DNA of 46,730 nucleotides, the filler included, from Salisapilia sapeloensis CBS 127946 (taxonomy: Eukaryota; Protista; Oomycota): NCBI GenBank assembly GCA_023334545.1. It is 6 parts of 6 records of this genome, joined end to end, with 100 filler letters (N's around TTAATTAATTAA, not from the genome) between each part and the next. Parts side by side here need not be neighbours in the genome. Positions count along the whole stretch, not along the records: positions 1 to 15,434 come from JAADVB010000370.1; positions 15,535 to 17,942 come from JAADVB010000908.1; positions 18,043 to 26,534 come from JAADVB010000489.1; 3 more parts are not named here. The stretch is one strand, 5' to 3'. Below, one piece after another: positions 12,286 through 22,910 of the stretch. The stretch's first letter is position 1. Every line of letters begins with the position of its first letter. The notes under the pieces are model-generated. The model saw nothing but the letters and a program-made list of their open reading frames with translations, searched no databases and was not told the origin of the DNA. The position numbers and the translations under genes are program-made.

Positions 12286-13148
12286 ATGAGCTCGACGGAC
12301 GAAGGTGGAGAACAACAGAAACCGCACGTGCTGCTTTGTGCAAGTGGAAGCGTAGCTACGGTGAAAGTTCCTGAAATTGCACTGCAACTACAAGAATTTG
12401 CGGAGGTTGTATTTGTCTTCTTCCAACTCGCAATGTCTGAGAACTCAAGCAAAGATGATTTAGGTCAAGGTCGTTATGACCAGGTCCGCCGACTTTTTCC
12501 TCAAGCGAACGGAAGAGTACAATAAGGAGTATTGGGATAAGTTCATTCAGAGTGGGATTCCTGTTTTCCGAGATGAAGATGAATGGAAAAACTGGAATCA
12601 CATCGGAGACGAAATTCTTCACATTCAGGTGCTGTTTCCAAACGCAGCTTAATGTAATCGTCGAAACACTATCTCACCTGTCTGTAGCTGAAAGACTGGG
12701 CAGATTGTCTACTTATTGCACCTACCTCGGCGAATACGCTTGCAAAGCTCGCCAACGGTCTATCGGACAATCTACTCGTACGTCCATTATGCTGCCACCA
12801 CCTTGAAGGCACTTATTCAACGCTCATTAGACATCTGTAGCAAGAGCCTGGTCGACTTCCAAGCCAGTGTTCTTTGCACCTGCCATGAATGTAGACATGT
12901 GGGCGCATCCGTTTACTGCTAAGCACCAGCAAGTGCTGACGAATGAATTGCTCTACTCTATCATCCTCCCAGTTCGCAAGATGCTCGCGTGCGGCGTAGA
13001 AGGTACTCAAGCTTTGTATCATTTGTATTGACTTGTAGATTGATCATGTCTATCGGTAGGAATGGGTGGGTTGGCAAAGGTTGCTGACATTGTTCGTCCT
13101 ATTCGCTGCCATCTAGTAGGCGACGACAGTCCTCTATCTCAAACCTGA
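12286..13148 (+). CDS. PPCDC: Phosphopantothenoylcysteine decarboxylase (HFCD flavoprotein), 5 exons
   Basis: Spliced translation gives [56 protein letters not shown] and LACGVEGMG, with stop TGA at 13146-13148. Confidence 0.92.
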
Positions 13149-13184
13149 TGAAGATAGTATCCTTAGATCTACGATACGCAAGTA

Positions 13185-13946
13185 TCACTTGAACGGAGAA
13201 TCGCATTGAATGACATCAATGTCCACATTGAACACTTGTTTCATCGCATCTATTGCCGCCATCTCGACGTCTTCCGTCGTGACGCCAGGTCGAAGCTTCT
13301 CTATACTCGTCACAGCTCGGTCATGAATTCCACACGGCACGATCTTGTCGAAAGCGTTCAAGTCCGTGGTCGTGTTGATCGCCATGCCATGCATCGTAAT
13401 CCATTTCGACGCGTGTGTACCGATGGCTGCCACTTTCTCCATTCCTTCCTCCGACTCTCCCACCCAGACACCAGTAAGCCCATCCACACGCTCTCCTTGA
13501 ATATCGAACATTGCCAGCGTTTTTATGACCGTTTCCTCCACCTGACGAAGATACCAATGCAGATCCTTTTTGTAGTAGTTGAGATTGAGAATCGGATAAA
13601 TGACGACTTGACCTGGACCATGGTACGTGACTTCGCCACCACGGTCCACTCGAATCACTTTTACATCCTTCTCCGTATCGGGATTAAACTTGAGATTGTC
13701 TGTCGTAGCCCCTCGACCGAGTGTGTAGACGCTCGGGTGCTGAAGAACAAGGATGGCATCATCGAGTGGTCCACCGTCCTTGGCTGTGCGTTGCTGGATG
13801 AGCTGCTTCTGCCAGTCCCATGCCGTCTCGTAGTCGACCAGACCTAGCCGGTACGCAATGCACCTGCGCTTGCTCTGCGAAGACGCTGAGCACATCCATC
13901 GCGCAGACGGGATGCTCCGAGTCCATCGACGAGGCAGTCGGTGCAT
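13185..13946 (-). CDS. lipB: Octanoyltransferase (lipoate-protein ligase B) with probable mitochondrial transit peptide
   Basis: LQHPSVYTLG, RGGEVTYHGPGQ, KVAAIG, HGMAIN and IVPCG motifs. Arg/Ser-rich N-terminus from the likely ATG at 13946. Confidence 0.93.
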   Translation of the reverse strand: MHRLPRRWTRSIPSARWMCSASSQSKRRCIAYRLGLVDYETAWDWQKQLIQQRTAKDGGPLDDAILVLQHPSVYTLGRGATTDNLKFNPDTEKDVKVIRVDRGGEVTYHGPGQVVIYPILNLNYYKKDLHWYLRQVEETVIKTLAMFDIQGERVDGLTGVWVGESEEGMEKVAAIGTHASKWITMHGMAINTTTDLNAFDKIVPCGIHDRAVTSIEKLRPGVTTEDVEMAAIDAMKQVFNVDIDVIQCDSPFK

Positions 13947-14261
13947 TTTGTAAATTTTGACGTAACCTGCTGGAGGCATCACCAGCTCCATCTGCACATT
14001 TGTAATTCTATCCAGAGAGATTAACTCGTTAATTCCTTACTCGGACGCCTCTTCTTCCATGTAAAACAAGAAAGCAAGTAGCAATTCGATCTATACCACA
14101 AATCTGCCTTCTCCCTTTGCACTGCCGTCATTTTCGCTACTAGAATCAACCCAAACGTTTCTGTCGATGAAAAAATTCGAATCACTTCGAAGGTAACTTC
14201 AAAGACACAATCTCACGACACCGTTTGGTGGCACCAAGACACAAGCCTATTGAACACCAAG

Positions 14262-15071
14262 ATGGCAGGATCACCGCATCATTACCATCGACAGGAAACG
14301 CCGGATGCATTGCACGCTGAGCGCGTGACGGTGTACAAGCCCATTAGCGTAAGAGAGAAAATCTACCTCGTGTTCAAGGTACTTATGTACCACCTCGGCT
14401 CCATCATGTTTATTATCGGCAGCGTCTTCTTCTATCCAAAGTACAATGACATGTGGGACGGCAAGGCCGACTACTTGGCCTCCTGGCTATTCGTCTCCGG
14501 ATGCGTCTGTTTCCTCATTGGTGCCAACATGGACTTTATCGACTACATTCGTTTTAACCGACGATCCATCATCAGACAGATCGCCAACGCGTACAACGGA
14601 CTCAACTACGTGACTGCCTCCGTCGTCTTCATGGTCGGATCGGTTTACTTTCTTCCTTCGTACTACGAAAAGAGTCCGGCCACTGGCGCTTGGCTCTTTT
14701 TCATTGGCAGCATCCAATTCAGCATCGCTGGTCTCGTCGACCTCTACTTTCTGACCATTTCGCATGAACACCCGGGTCTTTCGCACTTTGAGCCAAGACA
14801 TCTCTTGTCCTGGCGGACGTTTGTGTGTCTCGGCACATTCGTCGGATCTCTACTCTTTATTATTGGCAGTTACTACTACCTACCCAAGTACGTGAAACAA
14901 GAGGACGAGGACGAGGTCGAGTATTATGAGAACCTAGCGGTGACGTTGTTTGTCATCGGAAGTGTCTTCTTCTGGATGAACGGCATCTTTCAAGTTCCAG
15001 ACATCCACAAGCAGCTTACAAAGGGAAGACGTGCAAAGGTTGTGCCCAACCGCCGCCAACATTTTGCCTAA
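14262..15071 (+). CDS. Multi-pass membrane protein with YrhK-like repeats
   Basis: Six hydrophobic segments sharing G...F..GS..F(Y/F)P-type motifs, e.g. GSIMFIIGSVFFYP, ASVVFMVGSVYFLP and GSLLFIIGSYYYLP. Confidence 0.75.
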   Translation: MAGSPHHYHRQETPDALHAERVTVYKPISVREKIYLVFKVLMYHLGSIMFIIGSVFFYPKYNDMWDGKADYLASWLFVSGCVCFLIGANMDFIDYIRFNRRSIIRQIANAYNGLNYVTASVVFMVGSVYFLPSYYEKSPATGAWLFFIGSIQFSIAGLVDLYFLTISHEHPGLSHFEPRHLLSWRTFVCLGTFVGSLLFIIGSYYYLPKYVKQEDEDEVEYYENLAVTLFVIGSVFFWMNGIFQVPDIHKQLTKGRRAKVVPNRRQHFA

Positions 15072-15434
15072 GATATAGCAATAGATCAGAGCAGCATGCC
15101 ATCTTCAGATATCCTTCTTTATGAGGCAGTTCATGGCAATACATTGCGAATGTTATGGATTCCATCTTGCTTTAAGTGCGTTTCTACCATTGGTCTAAAC
15201 TTTCAACTAGCTGTATTATAACTGCTACATTCGTCATCTTTGCAAACAAGCATCTCGCACATCATCTAGTTGCAAAGGAGTCCCTATTGGCATTCTCCAG
15301 CCAGATCCTGTCTTCTGCCATTGCGTGTATCCTGTCATCACTGGATCTCGCGTCTCTCGGTAGTGGACGTCATGCGCTGCAGTTTGAGTACGCGACCAAG
15401 CTAGGGTACTTGGTCCACTACGAGTCGCTGCTGA

Positions 15435-15534
15435 NNNNNNNNNNNNNNNNNNNNNNNNNNNNNNNNNNNNNNNNNNNNTTAATTAATTAANNNNNNNNNN
15501 NNNNNNNNNNNNNNNNNNNNNNNNNNNNNNNNNN
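15435..15534. other. Assembly gap / artificial contig linker
   Basis: N44-TTAATTAATTAA-N44, which has stops in all six frames. Confidence 0.99.
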
Positions 15535-15842
15535 GTGCTTCTTACATTTTCATTGCACCATGCATTTTCTCGGCATCCGTAGTGCCGCTTTCGTTAAGTT
15601 TATTTTTCATCGAGACATAGCCTGAAAACCGTCCAGCTTCTCGGTTGATGTCAACTTATCTACTTTTGATTGCTGCTAACGTTTGCGTAGAAGAAGTGTC
15701 AAGTTCCGTACATGTGTTCTTTATATTTGCCCATAGTGTCAGACTTTTTATCCACTCCAGTCGCAGAGCCCTCAGACGCTGCACACCAAGCTGTGTATAA
15801 GGTCTGGTCTTCTTGATCGCACCACGCTTTGCCTCGTGGCAT
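15535..15842 (-). mobile_element. Decayed Myb/SANT (NAM-associated) ORF typical of PIF/Harbinger ORF2
   Basis: MPRGKAWCDQEDQTLYTAWCAASEGSATGVDKKSDT, followed after a frameshift by QTLAAIKSR*VDINREAGRFSGYVSMKNKLNESGTTDAEKM. This matches the W...ED..L..AW...S.D...G and KSRW..IN....KF.G......LNESG family pattern. Truncated by the gap. Confidence 0.72.
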
Positions 15843-16148
15843 CCTTCTCTCTAAGATCGTTCGTTTTAGGCAATAGTATTTCGGTGCTATACGGTCCTGA
15901 ATAGACACTGCGACGGGACAACAGTTTTAGATAGCCATAGACACAACCGGTGCACCAACTACTTATTACTTTTTGCAGGTTCGAGGCGCCCATATAAGTC
16001 ATAGACACTGTTGGTGGAGATGCTCTTATAATAGAAATAGTGGGTACAAGCAGCAAATGACCTTAACGACTGGATGGCGCTTAAACTTCACCGCCAACGA
16101 AGCAAACTGTCCATCAATTACAACTTTTCAATGTAATTTTTATAAAAG

Positions 16149-17708
16149 TTAGATATCAACTTCATCCTTTTTTTTGCAGCCCACTTTGGTTACTTCATCC
16201 TGACGGAGTCGTAGTTCAGTCATCTTCAGCCATGCTAGCTGACGATCACGCTCTCGGTCTTTTAGATCGAGTTCCACTGAGCTAGTCCTCCATGCGTTTT
16301 CAATGATCATATTCCATTCCTCTGAATCCGTCGAAGCCCCTCGCATGATGGAACCCTCATCCGAAGAACTAGCTTTGGACTCGATGATCGGCGCTTCGTC
16401 ATTGATGGACGTGAATTGGGCAAACGCACTCAGCGAATCTTCCGTTGAAAAGCTAAGCTTATCTGAGTCAAAGTCATACACTTCACCTACGCAGGATTCT
16501 CTCCCAGACCAAGCATTCGACTCTTCAGTCAGCTGCAAAATTCTGGATGGTACGACCACGGTAGATCCACTGCCTTCCTTCTCGTATCGCCCCGCTCGTA
16601 TTTCCTGTCGAGCTACCTTGTACGAGCTGACTTGATTCGTGAACTGGTCGCAAGTGAGACAGAGTCGAACCTTCTTGGCCATCAGCTTCAAGTTGGAACC
16701 GGATTCGAGTAGCTCCAGAGCGATCACGCACTTGCTACAGACGGACGAGTCACACAAGGTGCACGGGTAAACTTTGCGTAAGGGCCCGAACTTCTTGTTG
16801 CAAGACCGACAGTTCGACTTGTTTTGAGCTTCTCCGTTGCCAAGAAAGCTTAGGACATCATTCTTGTTTACGTTTTTCCTCTGAAGGAGCCACGAGAGCT
16901 TCTTCATCTTCGCACAATGGGCCGAAGACCAAGTGTCCATGAGTGCACTGGCCAGTGTGACCACAGCGATCGAGTCGAGGAGGTTGTTTCCAAACACTTC
17001 ATAATATGCTTTGACGAACACTTCGACCGATTGATCCGACGTGGGTTTGAAAAGGACACAAGTCGATATACGGCTACGGATAATGCCTTGTCCATCGAGT
17101 GGAGGAGTCGACGGTAAGTCGACTGAATGCGCGAGATAGTACCCGATGCGTTCGTCTTTATTGACTTGGAGAATGCCGTTCGCTCGAATGTAAACACCAT
17201 CGCGGTCCTTGACAACTCCTCGGAGTGCTAGACTTGGACTACCAGCATGCCATTGGAGAACAGTGCAGAGATATGGGTGCTCCAGAGTCGGCTTCTCGAT
17301 CGTCGAGAGAATCTGGGCATTCGTCGTTGGGTGTCCGGCGTAGTTCGCGCTTTGCAAAAGTGCTGCCTCGTCGCCATTGACGAGACCGAATAAGAGGTCA
17401 TCCATACTGCTTGAGATCGTCCCATTACCGACAATGATTCGAGGCATTTGCCATCCCGCACTATCGGTGTAGGAATCTTTTACCACGCGTCGAGATGGGT
17501 GTCGCTCGCGGTACATGGTCACATTATTGGATGTCTTGATAGGTTTCCAGCGCTTACTATCCATTTCCCGAGGTACCGAACGATCGAATTTTTAGTAGTG
17601 CTTGAGTGCTTCGTGTACGAGTATCATGGCGATATGCTTGCAATCAGCTTTTTTCGCATCAGAGAGGTCGAAACCTTCGTACGCATCTGCTGTCCACTGC
17701 GTCGCCAT
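16149..17708 (-). CDS. START-like + FYVE zinc finger protein with one in-frame TAA at codon 39
   Basis: RWKPIKTSNNVTMYRER and the START-like core, then a FYVE-like CRSC.KKFG.LRK...C.LC...VCSKC...LC..C. An upstream in-frame ATG at 17708 gives MATQWTADAYEGFDLSDAKKADCKHIAMILVHEALKHY*KFDRSV, with TAA at 17592-17594. Confidence 0.85.
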
Positions 17709-17942
17709 CAGTAAAGAAGATCCGTGCTAACGAACGTGGAAATTTGGAAATGAAGAGAAGCCCCGGTATGAGCGCTTTAGGCGGAGACGATACGGTGGGA
17801 AATATATCTGGCGTGCTCAAATACCGCCCTCTGTCGTGGATTACTTGCCTTACGCCTGATATTGTAACATACCTGCAAAGGCAAAACAACAATCAAAGGG
17901 TTCAGCGGTACGATAACTATCTTCATAATTACTTAAGTAGCA

Positions 17943-18042
17943 NNNNNNNNNNNNNNNNNNNNNNNNNNNNNNNNNNNNNNNNNNNNTTAATTAATTAANN
18001 NNNNNNNNNNNNNNNNNNNNNNNNNNNNNNNNNNNNNNNNNN
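17943..18042. other. Assembly gap / artificial contig linker
   Basis: N44-TTAATTAATTAA-N44. Confidence 0.99.
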
Positions 18043-18749
18043 CGCTGCAGAGGTGTTCATTGCGAACAGTGTCGATGAGAGCAGTGAGCGATAAAGCTGA
18101 GAGGAGGTGGATGTGTTCGGGGAAGCCTATTCAAGAGTGAGCTGAGTGATTGAAGGCGAAGCAGGCCGAGAGACCTCCCGATTCACCAACGACTTCTGAC
18201 CGTACTACATTCTTAGCCATCTACCGACAGCGAGGACGATGGAGAAAGCAGAAAGCAGTGACTGCACGATGTGAAAATCTTATTACAAAACATGAGCTAG
18301 CTAGTGATGGTGTTAATACCAGGGTATGTATGTTCTTGTCTGCTGAAAATAGACGAAAGATTCCATCGATACCTGGATATACGGGAACCTGGAAGATCCG
18401 TGCTGTTACCGGTGGTTATCTGTTTATGCAAAAGCATTTGCATACCAACTGCAAGTACATTGGATTTGACAAGTGAAAGGCGTTGCCATCGCGAGGAAGT
18501 GAATACGCGCCGAAAAACATAAACTTGTAGCAAATACTAAATTGTATTCAAATTTCATATTTGGTAACCTATTATTATATCATACATCATGAAATTACGA
18601 ATCTTTCAAGATACAATTTACTTTCAGGCGACAAAATATTCTTTTATCTCTTTCGGAATTATACTTCAGACTGTTGTGGCTGCATCTTGCGCTGATAGTA
18701 CCCGTTAAAGTCAAAGCGCACGGTCAAGAAGGACAGACTTTCCGATCCA

Positions 18750-21700
18750 CTACTCATTAAAATAAAGCATGAGCTTCTTGTCAACATATACAAAACTATA
18801 CAAAAAACACCTTGTCGATCGCTTCTGGATCGCTTCTAGTAAGCTCATAACATGCTTTTGGAAATCGTTCGCCACTGCATTGATCTGCTCTCCCAATCTC
18901 GATCTTGGTCCAAAGTGCTCCATCTCTCGCTTTGACTCCGACTCTGCCATACCCCATGATCCCTACATCATCCGTCAGTCTTCCTATCTTACTAGAATCA
19001 ACATCACCAAGGACGGTACCTCGGCCGTCCGATTTTTAATTTCCTCTCGCTGCTTTCGAACGCTCTTAAGGTCACTAAAGGCAGTCGCATAGAGCTGTTC
19101 TTGGACTTTACAAAACCGAATAATCGTAGCAAAGATCGTCTTCAAGTGCTGCAACGTCTCTCTCTCATCCTCCAGCATAAATGTCTACACCATCCATCAG
19201 CATTCGACCAACCTTTGCATGAACACTTGATGGTATTTACATTATGTTGGATATGATGCAGATAAGCTTCATGGCTCTGGATGAGTTCATCCAAGTTCTG
19301 CGCCTTCTTCAAATCACTCAAAAGTCTCTCCCAAGCCGTCTCCAAGACTTCAAACATCATGTAGCTGTGCAAATTGGTAGAAAAGTGACCCATCTCCGAC
19401 CGTAGTAGCTGACATTGACGGAGCAATGGCATAGCCCAGGGTAGTTCTCCCTAAACATACTCAATGATAGTATCTACAAAGTCTATATGACAGCAGCAGA
19501 CGTACCTGGTTCATGTGAATAAAGTTCATATCTCTCGTCCAGGACGTTGATAACGAGTGCTCTACTCGTTTAAGTTGCCATAGGAAATGGAAAATCTTTT
19601 GGTACTCATCCATCGTCTTCAACCCGATAATCGCATTCAAAGGTGTCGTAAGACGATAGTGGAGGACAAAGACATCCCATCCAGTGTCTCCAGGTGACGA
19701 TCGATGGAGTTCTACGTCCAAATTGCGCTTCACTTCTTCAGTCTCGTGTTTTGCGTTCGAGGTAGAGAGAGCAGTGTCCAGGACATTGGTGAGTGAATGG
19801 CGATACACGTGAGAAGCACGCTTTGACAACTCTGGTGCTAGCAAGTCCATTAAATACTGGATAAAGTCGCCCTGACCGAGTAACAGGTATCGCTTGAGCG
19901 CCGCGCAGTGCTCTAGTAGATTGAACTCAGTCCACAGCAAAGACATGAGGTACTTGTTCGTTGTCTTTGACACTCTTTCCACCAGTTCCTGTAGATCCGC
20001 AAGCGTCTGGAAACTGGAGCGGCGTGTATTTTGACTAGAGTGTACCTCCATCGACTGTTCCTTGGTACTGAGGACCCACTAATCTCAACATACTCTGTTA
20101 GGTATGTATTTATAAACGTCATGAATCTACATGTCCTACGTCTGTGTGGCCACAACATTGGCGAATAAAGTTGATGCTTTTGCCTGTGAGTAGAATCTGC
20201 TTGGCTAAATCTCTTCATTCATATGTAAGAAATGATATCCAATACATCGGATAAAATAAATGTAGTTGATGACGTACAATGATATGAAGTTGGGAAGCAT
20301 ACTGGTGTCCAAGGCATACTTATTAGCCCATAAGTCGTCTTCCGTGACGTCATTGTGGGAAACAATGAAAAACTCTGACTGTTAGGTCACATATAAGCCT
20401 CGGTGGAGTGAATTTAAAGATACAAAAACGAAAATACGTACGTGTATGTCGTCCAATTCACCTTCACACACCCATCGGCGAATCATTTGAAATAAAGGTT
20501 GACAAACTTCTTGCAGTACAGACCGAACAAAAGATGCCACTTGTGGATCTCCATGACCAACATGTGCATTCACACGAGATGCCAACGCACCTCCTCTCAT
20601 TCCCTCCGCACTGTATCCAACATATTACGTTTAAGTTTTGTACACATACTACATGGAAGAAGAAGTAATACCTGTCAATGAGACGTGCCATCAGTCGCAT
20701 CTTGTCTAGAGGATCTTGCATCCAGACATGCAGCTGATGCAGCGTCAGCTTGGTAAGAGAAGCACTAAGACTAGCCACAAAACGATAATATGTCGACAAC
20801 TCGGTACTAAGCGCATGACAGAAACTCTGTCCAATCTACCCACATCTATCATTAGTGACTACTTCTATCATACTTTGTCCATTTCAAACGCACCACGCCA
20901 AACTCCAATAGTTCTCTCTGATACGTCACGTACTGGAAGACTTTCCGATACATGGCACCAAGTTCACAGATTGAGTAGACCAGATCACGCGTTGCAGATG
21001 AGACGGAAGCAGATTCTGCTAGTACAAACTGCTCTTCCATTTCCACAAAGACAAGGATGCGAGAGTCCACTCCTTGAAGAGCATACAAAGTGGCAGATAT
21101 AAGCTCTTGCTCCGAAACTTCGGTGACACCAAACGGTCGGTGGACTTTAGTAGCCAAGCTGTCGTAATCTGTAATTTTCCTTTCACCAGTGCTCCTCTTC
21201 GTTGGTGACTTTTTCCGACGGCCAGTTTTCGAACTCTTGGTGTTCATGTCCATGAGGTAACTAAAGGAGCTGTCTAACTGGTCTACGTCCGTGATGGTTC
21301 GAGCTGCTTTCGCTGGCTTGTCTGTCACCTCTAGTTCGCTTACGATAGGCTTCTTATCTACACCTTTGTGTGCTACTTGATTCGTCTCCTTCGCCTTTGG
21401 AGCGGCAGCGAGGGAAGAGGGGGACGCAGATGGAGCTGGATGCAATGGAGGTGTCTCATATACTTCCTTTCCTTCGTTCTGGTCATCTGGGTCTTTCATA
21501 TTGTCCGTTTGGATGGTAAAAGGAAAGGCGGGAGATGGGGCGGGAGTTAAACTAGGTGGAGGCGAGGCTGTGTCCATCAAGTGGTACAGTAATACAAGTA
21601 ATTTACTCTTTTTGCTCATATTCGCGTCTTCGCGCAGTCGCTGATAGTACTCTGCCATCTTTGCTCTTGCGTGGTTGTCCGGTCGATTGCCACTCTTTTC

Positions 21701-22030
21701 CGAGGTCCTCAGCTTGCGCATGATACGGTCCATAACTGTCGTTGTACTAATTGCAGCTTCATTCGGAGCGTCCATAACACGTTGCACAGCACTTCTCTTG
21801 GTATCATTCGAAGCTTCCGGGTATAGACCTTGTACCAGATCCAGCACGAGAGCATTATTGGACTTGGCGTTTGCTCCACGATGTCTCTTCGCTCGAACAT
21901 TAGACAGCCTCGAGTCATTCGTTTCGATCGATGAGCTTACAGATCGCATTCGACCACTCGAACGTACTCTCTGACCATCCCCTTGGTTCCCCACGTCCGC
22001 ACGAGACCTGTCCGACCTCTGATTCTCCAT
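18750..22030 (-). CDS. TUBGCP3: Gamma-tubulin complex component 3 (Spc98 family), many short exons
   Basis: SEQELISATLYALQGVDS, DPLDKMRLMA, LAKQILLTGKSINFIRQCC, ALKRYLLLGQGDFIQYLMD, PGDTGWDVFVLHY and YQKIFHFLWQLKRVEHSL. Exon boundaries are approximate. Confidence 0.92.
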
Positions 22031-22080
22031 TTTCCCGTTTCGTGTCCAAAACTTGTGTTTTTTACTCGTTCTAAACCCCC

Positions 22081-22096
22081 TTCACTTGCGTTTTGT
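22081..22096 (+). promoter_or_regulatory. Oomycete INR+FPR-like core promoter element
   Basis: TTCACTTGCGTTTTGT lies ~60-75 bp upstream of ATG 22155 and resembles the YCAYTYY...WTTTNC consensus. Confidence 0.4.
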
Positions 22097-22154
22097 ATGC
22101 CAATTCGTCACCAGTCGTATTTACTCGAGTCTTCTCACCAAAAAACGGTACACG

Positions 22155-22910
22155 ATGCGCGGGTCTGGTACTCGCTTGACCGACCAACAGCGGATGGAGA
22201 TACTTGATATTTGGGCACAAGATGCGAAAGTGAAGAATGTCGAACTTGCGAAGCGGTATGGTATCTCTGAAGGAGCCATTCGGAAGCTCAAGACGGTGAA
22301 AGACCGAGTGCGTTCGCGATATGCGCTAGCTGCGGATGCCCTTCGAGATGGTCGACGGCGAGGCAGTTTCGTCCGGAACGAAGCATTTGAAAGGGAAGTG
22401 TATGACTGGATTTTAAAGACAAGGGCCGAAGTAGGTGCCTTGAGTCGACCACTTACACAAGCTCAGGTTCGAAAAAAAGCGATGGAGGTGGCACAAAAGT
22501 ACGAGTCGTTACGGAATTTTAAAGCTTCTCCTGGTTGGTACGCCCGCTTTTGCGCTCGGCATAAGATTGATATTCATGCGGGACGCATCGGCAAGCCAGA
22601 GGCGACGCAAGTGACGATGGAACTGGATGCGCCATTGCCGGATGGAGTGTCGATCATGTCTGAGGATGAAGCGGTGGAGAAAGACACGATTACAGCGCCA
22701 CCAGCAAGTGCTTATCAGGTACCTCCACCTGAAGATGGGGCTATTCCGAATCTAACTGACCCATCGACGGACGCGATAAAGTTGGATCCGGAAGCAAACC
22801 CAGATTTTCATGACATGAAACTGGAGGAATCTCGAATGAAGAATGAGACACTCAAGGAGGACGGCAGTGGGCAGAACGATGCGGACGAGATCTTTAGCCT
22901 TGGATTGTAG
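22155..22910 (+). CDS. CENP-B/pogo-type tandem HTH DNA-binding protein lacking a DDE domain
   Basis: RLTDQQRMEIL...ELAKRYGISEGAIRKL (first HTH) and FEREVYDWI...QVRKKAME...FKASPGWYARFCARH (Tc5-type HTH), followed by an acidic/Pro-rich tail and a stop. Intact and intronless. Confidence 0.88.
   Translation: MRGSGTRLTDQQRMEILDIWAQDAKVKNVELAKRYGISEGAIRKLKTVKDRVRSRYALAADALRDGRRRGSFVRNEAFEREVYDWILKTRAEVGALSRPLTQAQVRKKAMEVAQKYESLRNFKASPGWYARFCARHKIDIHAGRIGKPEATQVTMELDAPLPDGVSIMSEDEAVEKDTITAPPASAYQVPPPEDGAIPNLTDPSTDAIKLDPEANPDFHDMKLEESRMKNETLKEDGSGQNDADEIFSLGL

Noticed and set aside
15176-15434. Partial ORF before the first gap; possible hAT-like HC..H motif
   Set aside because: The similarity is too vague and no family could be supported.
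15479-15490. Recurring TTAATTAATTAA motif (five copies) as a biological repeat
   Set aside because: It is always centred in exactly 44+44 Ns, so it is a six-frame-stop assembly linker. ORFs ending in XXXLIN are artefacts.
17592-17594. Alternative genetic code (TAA read as sense)
   Set aside because: eL42, DUS2, TsaE and others terminate at TAA, and the long conserved genes have no internal TAA/TAG.
18043-18560. Short ORFs after the second gap as a transposase remnant
   Set aside because: Stops occur in all frames and no diagnostic motif was found.
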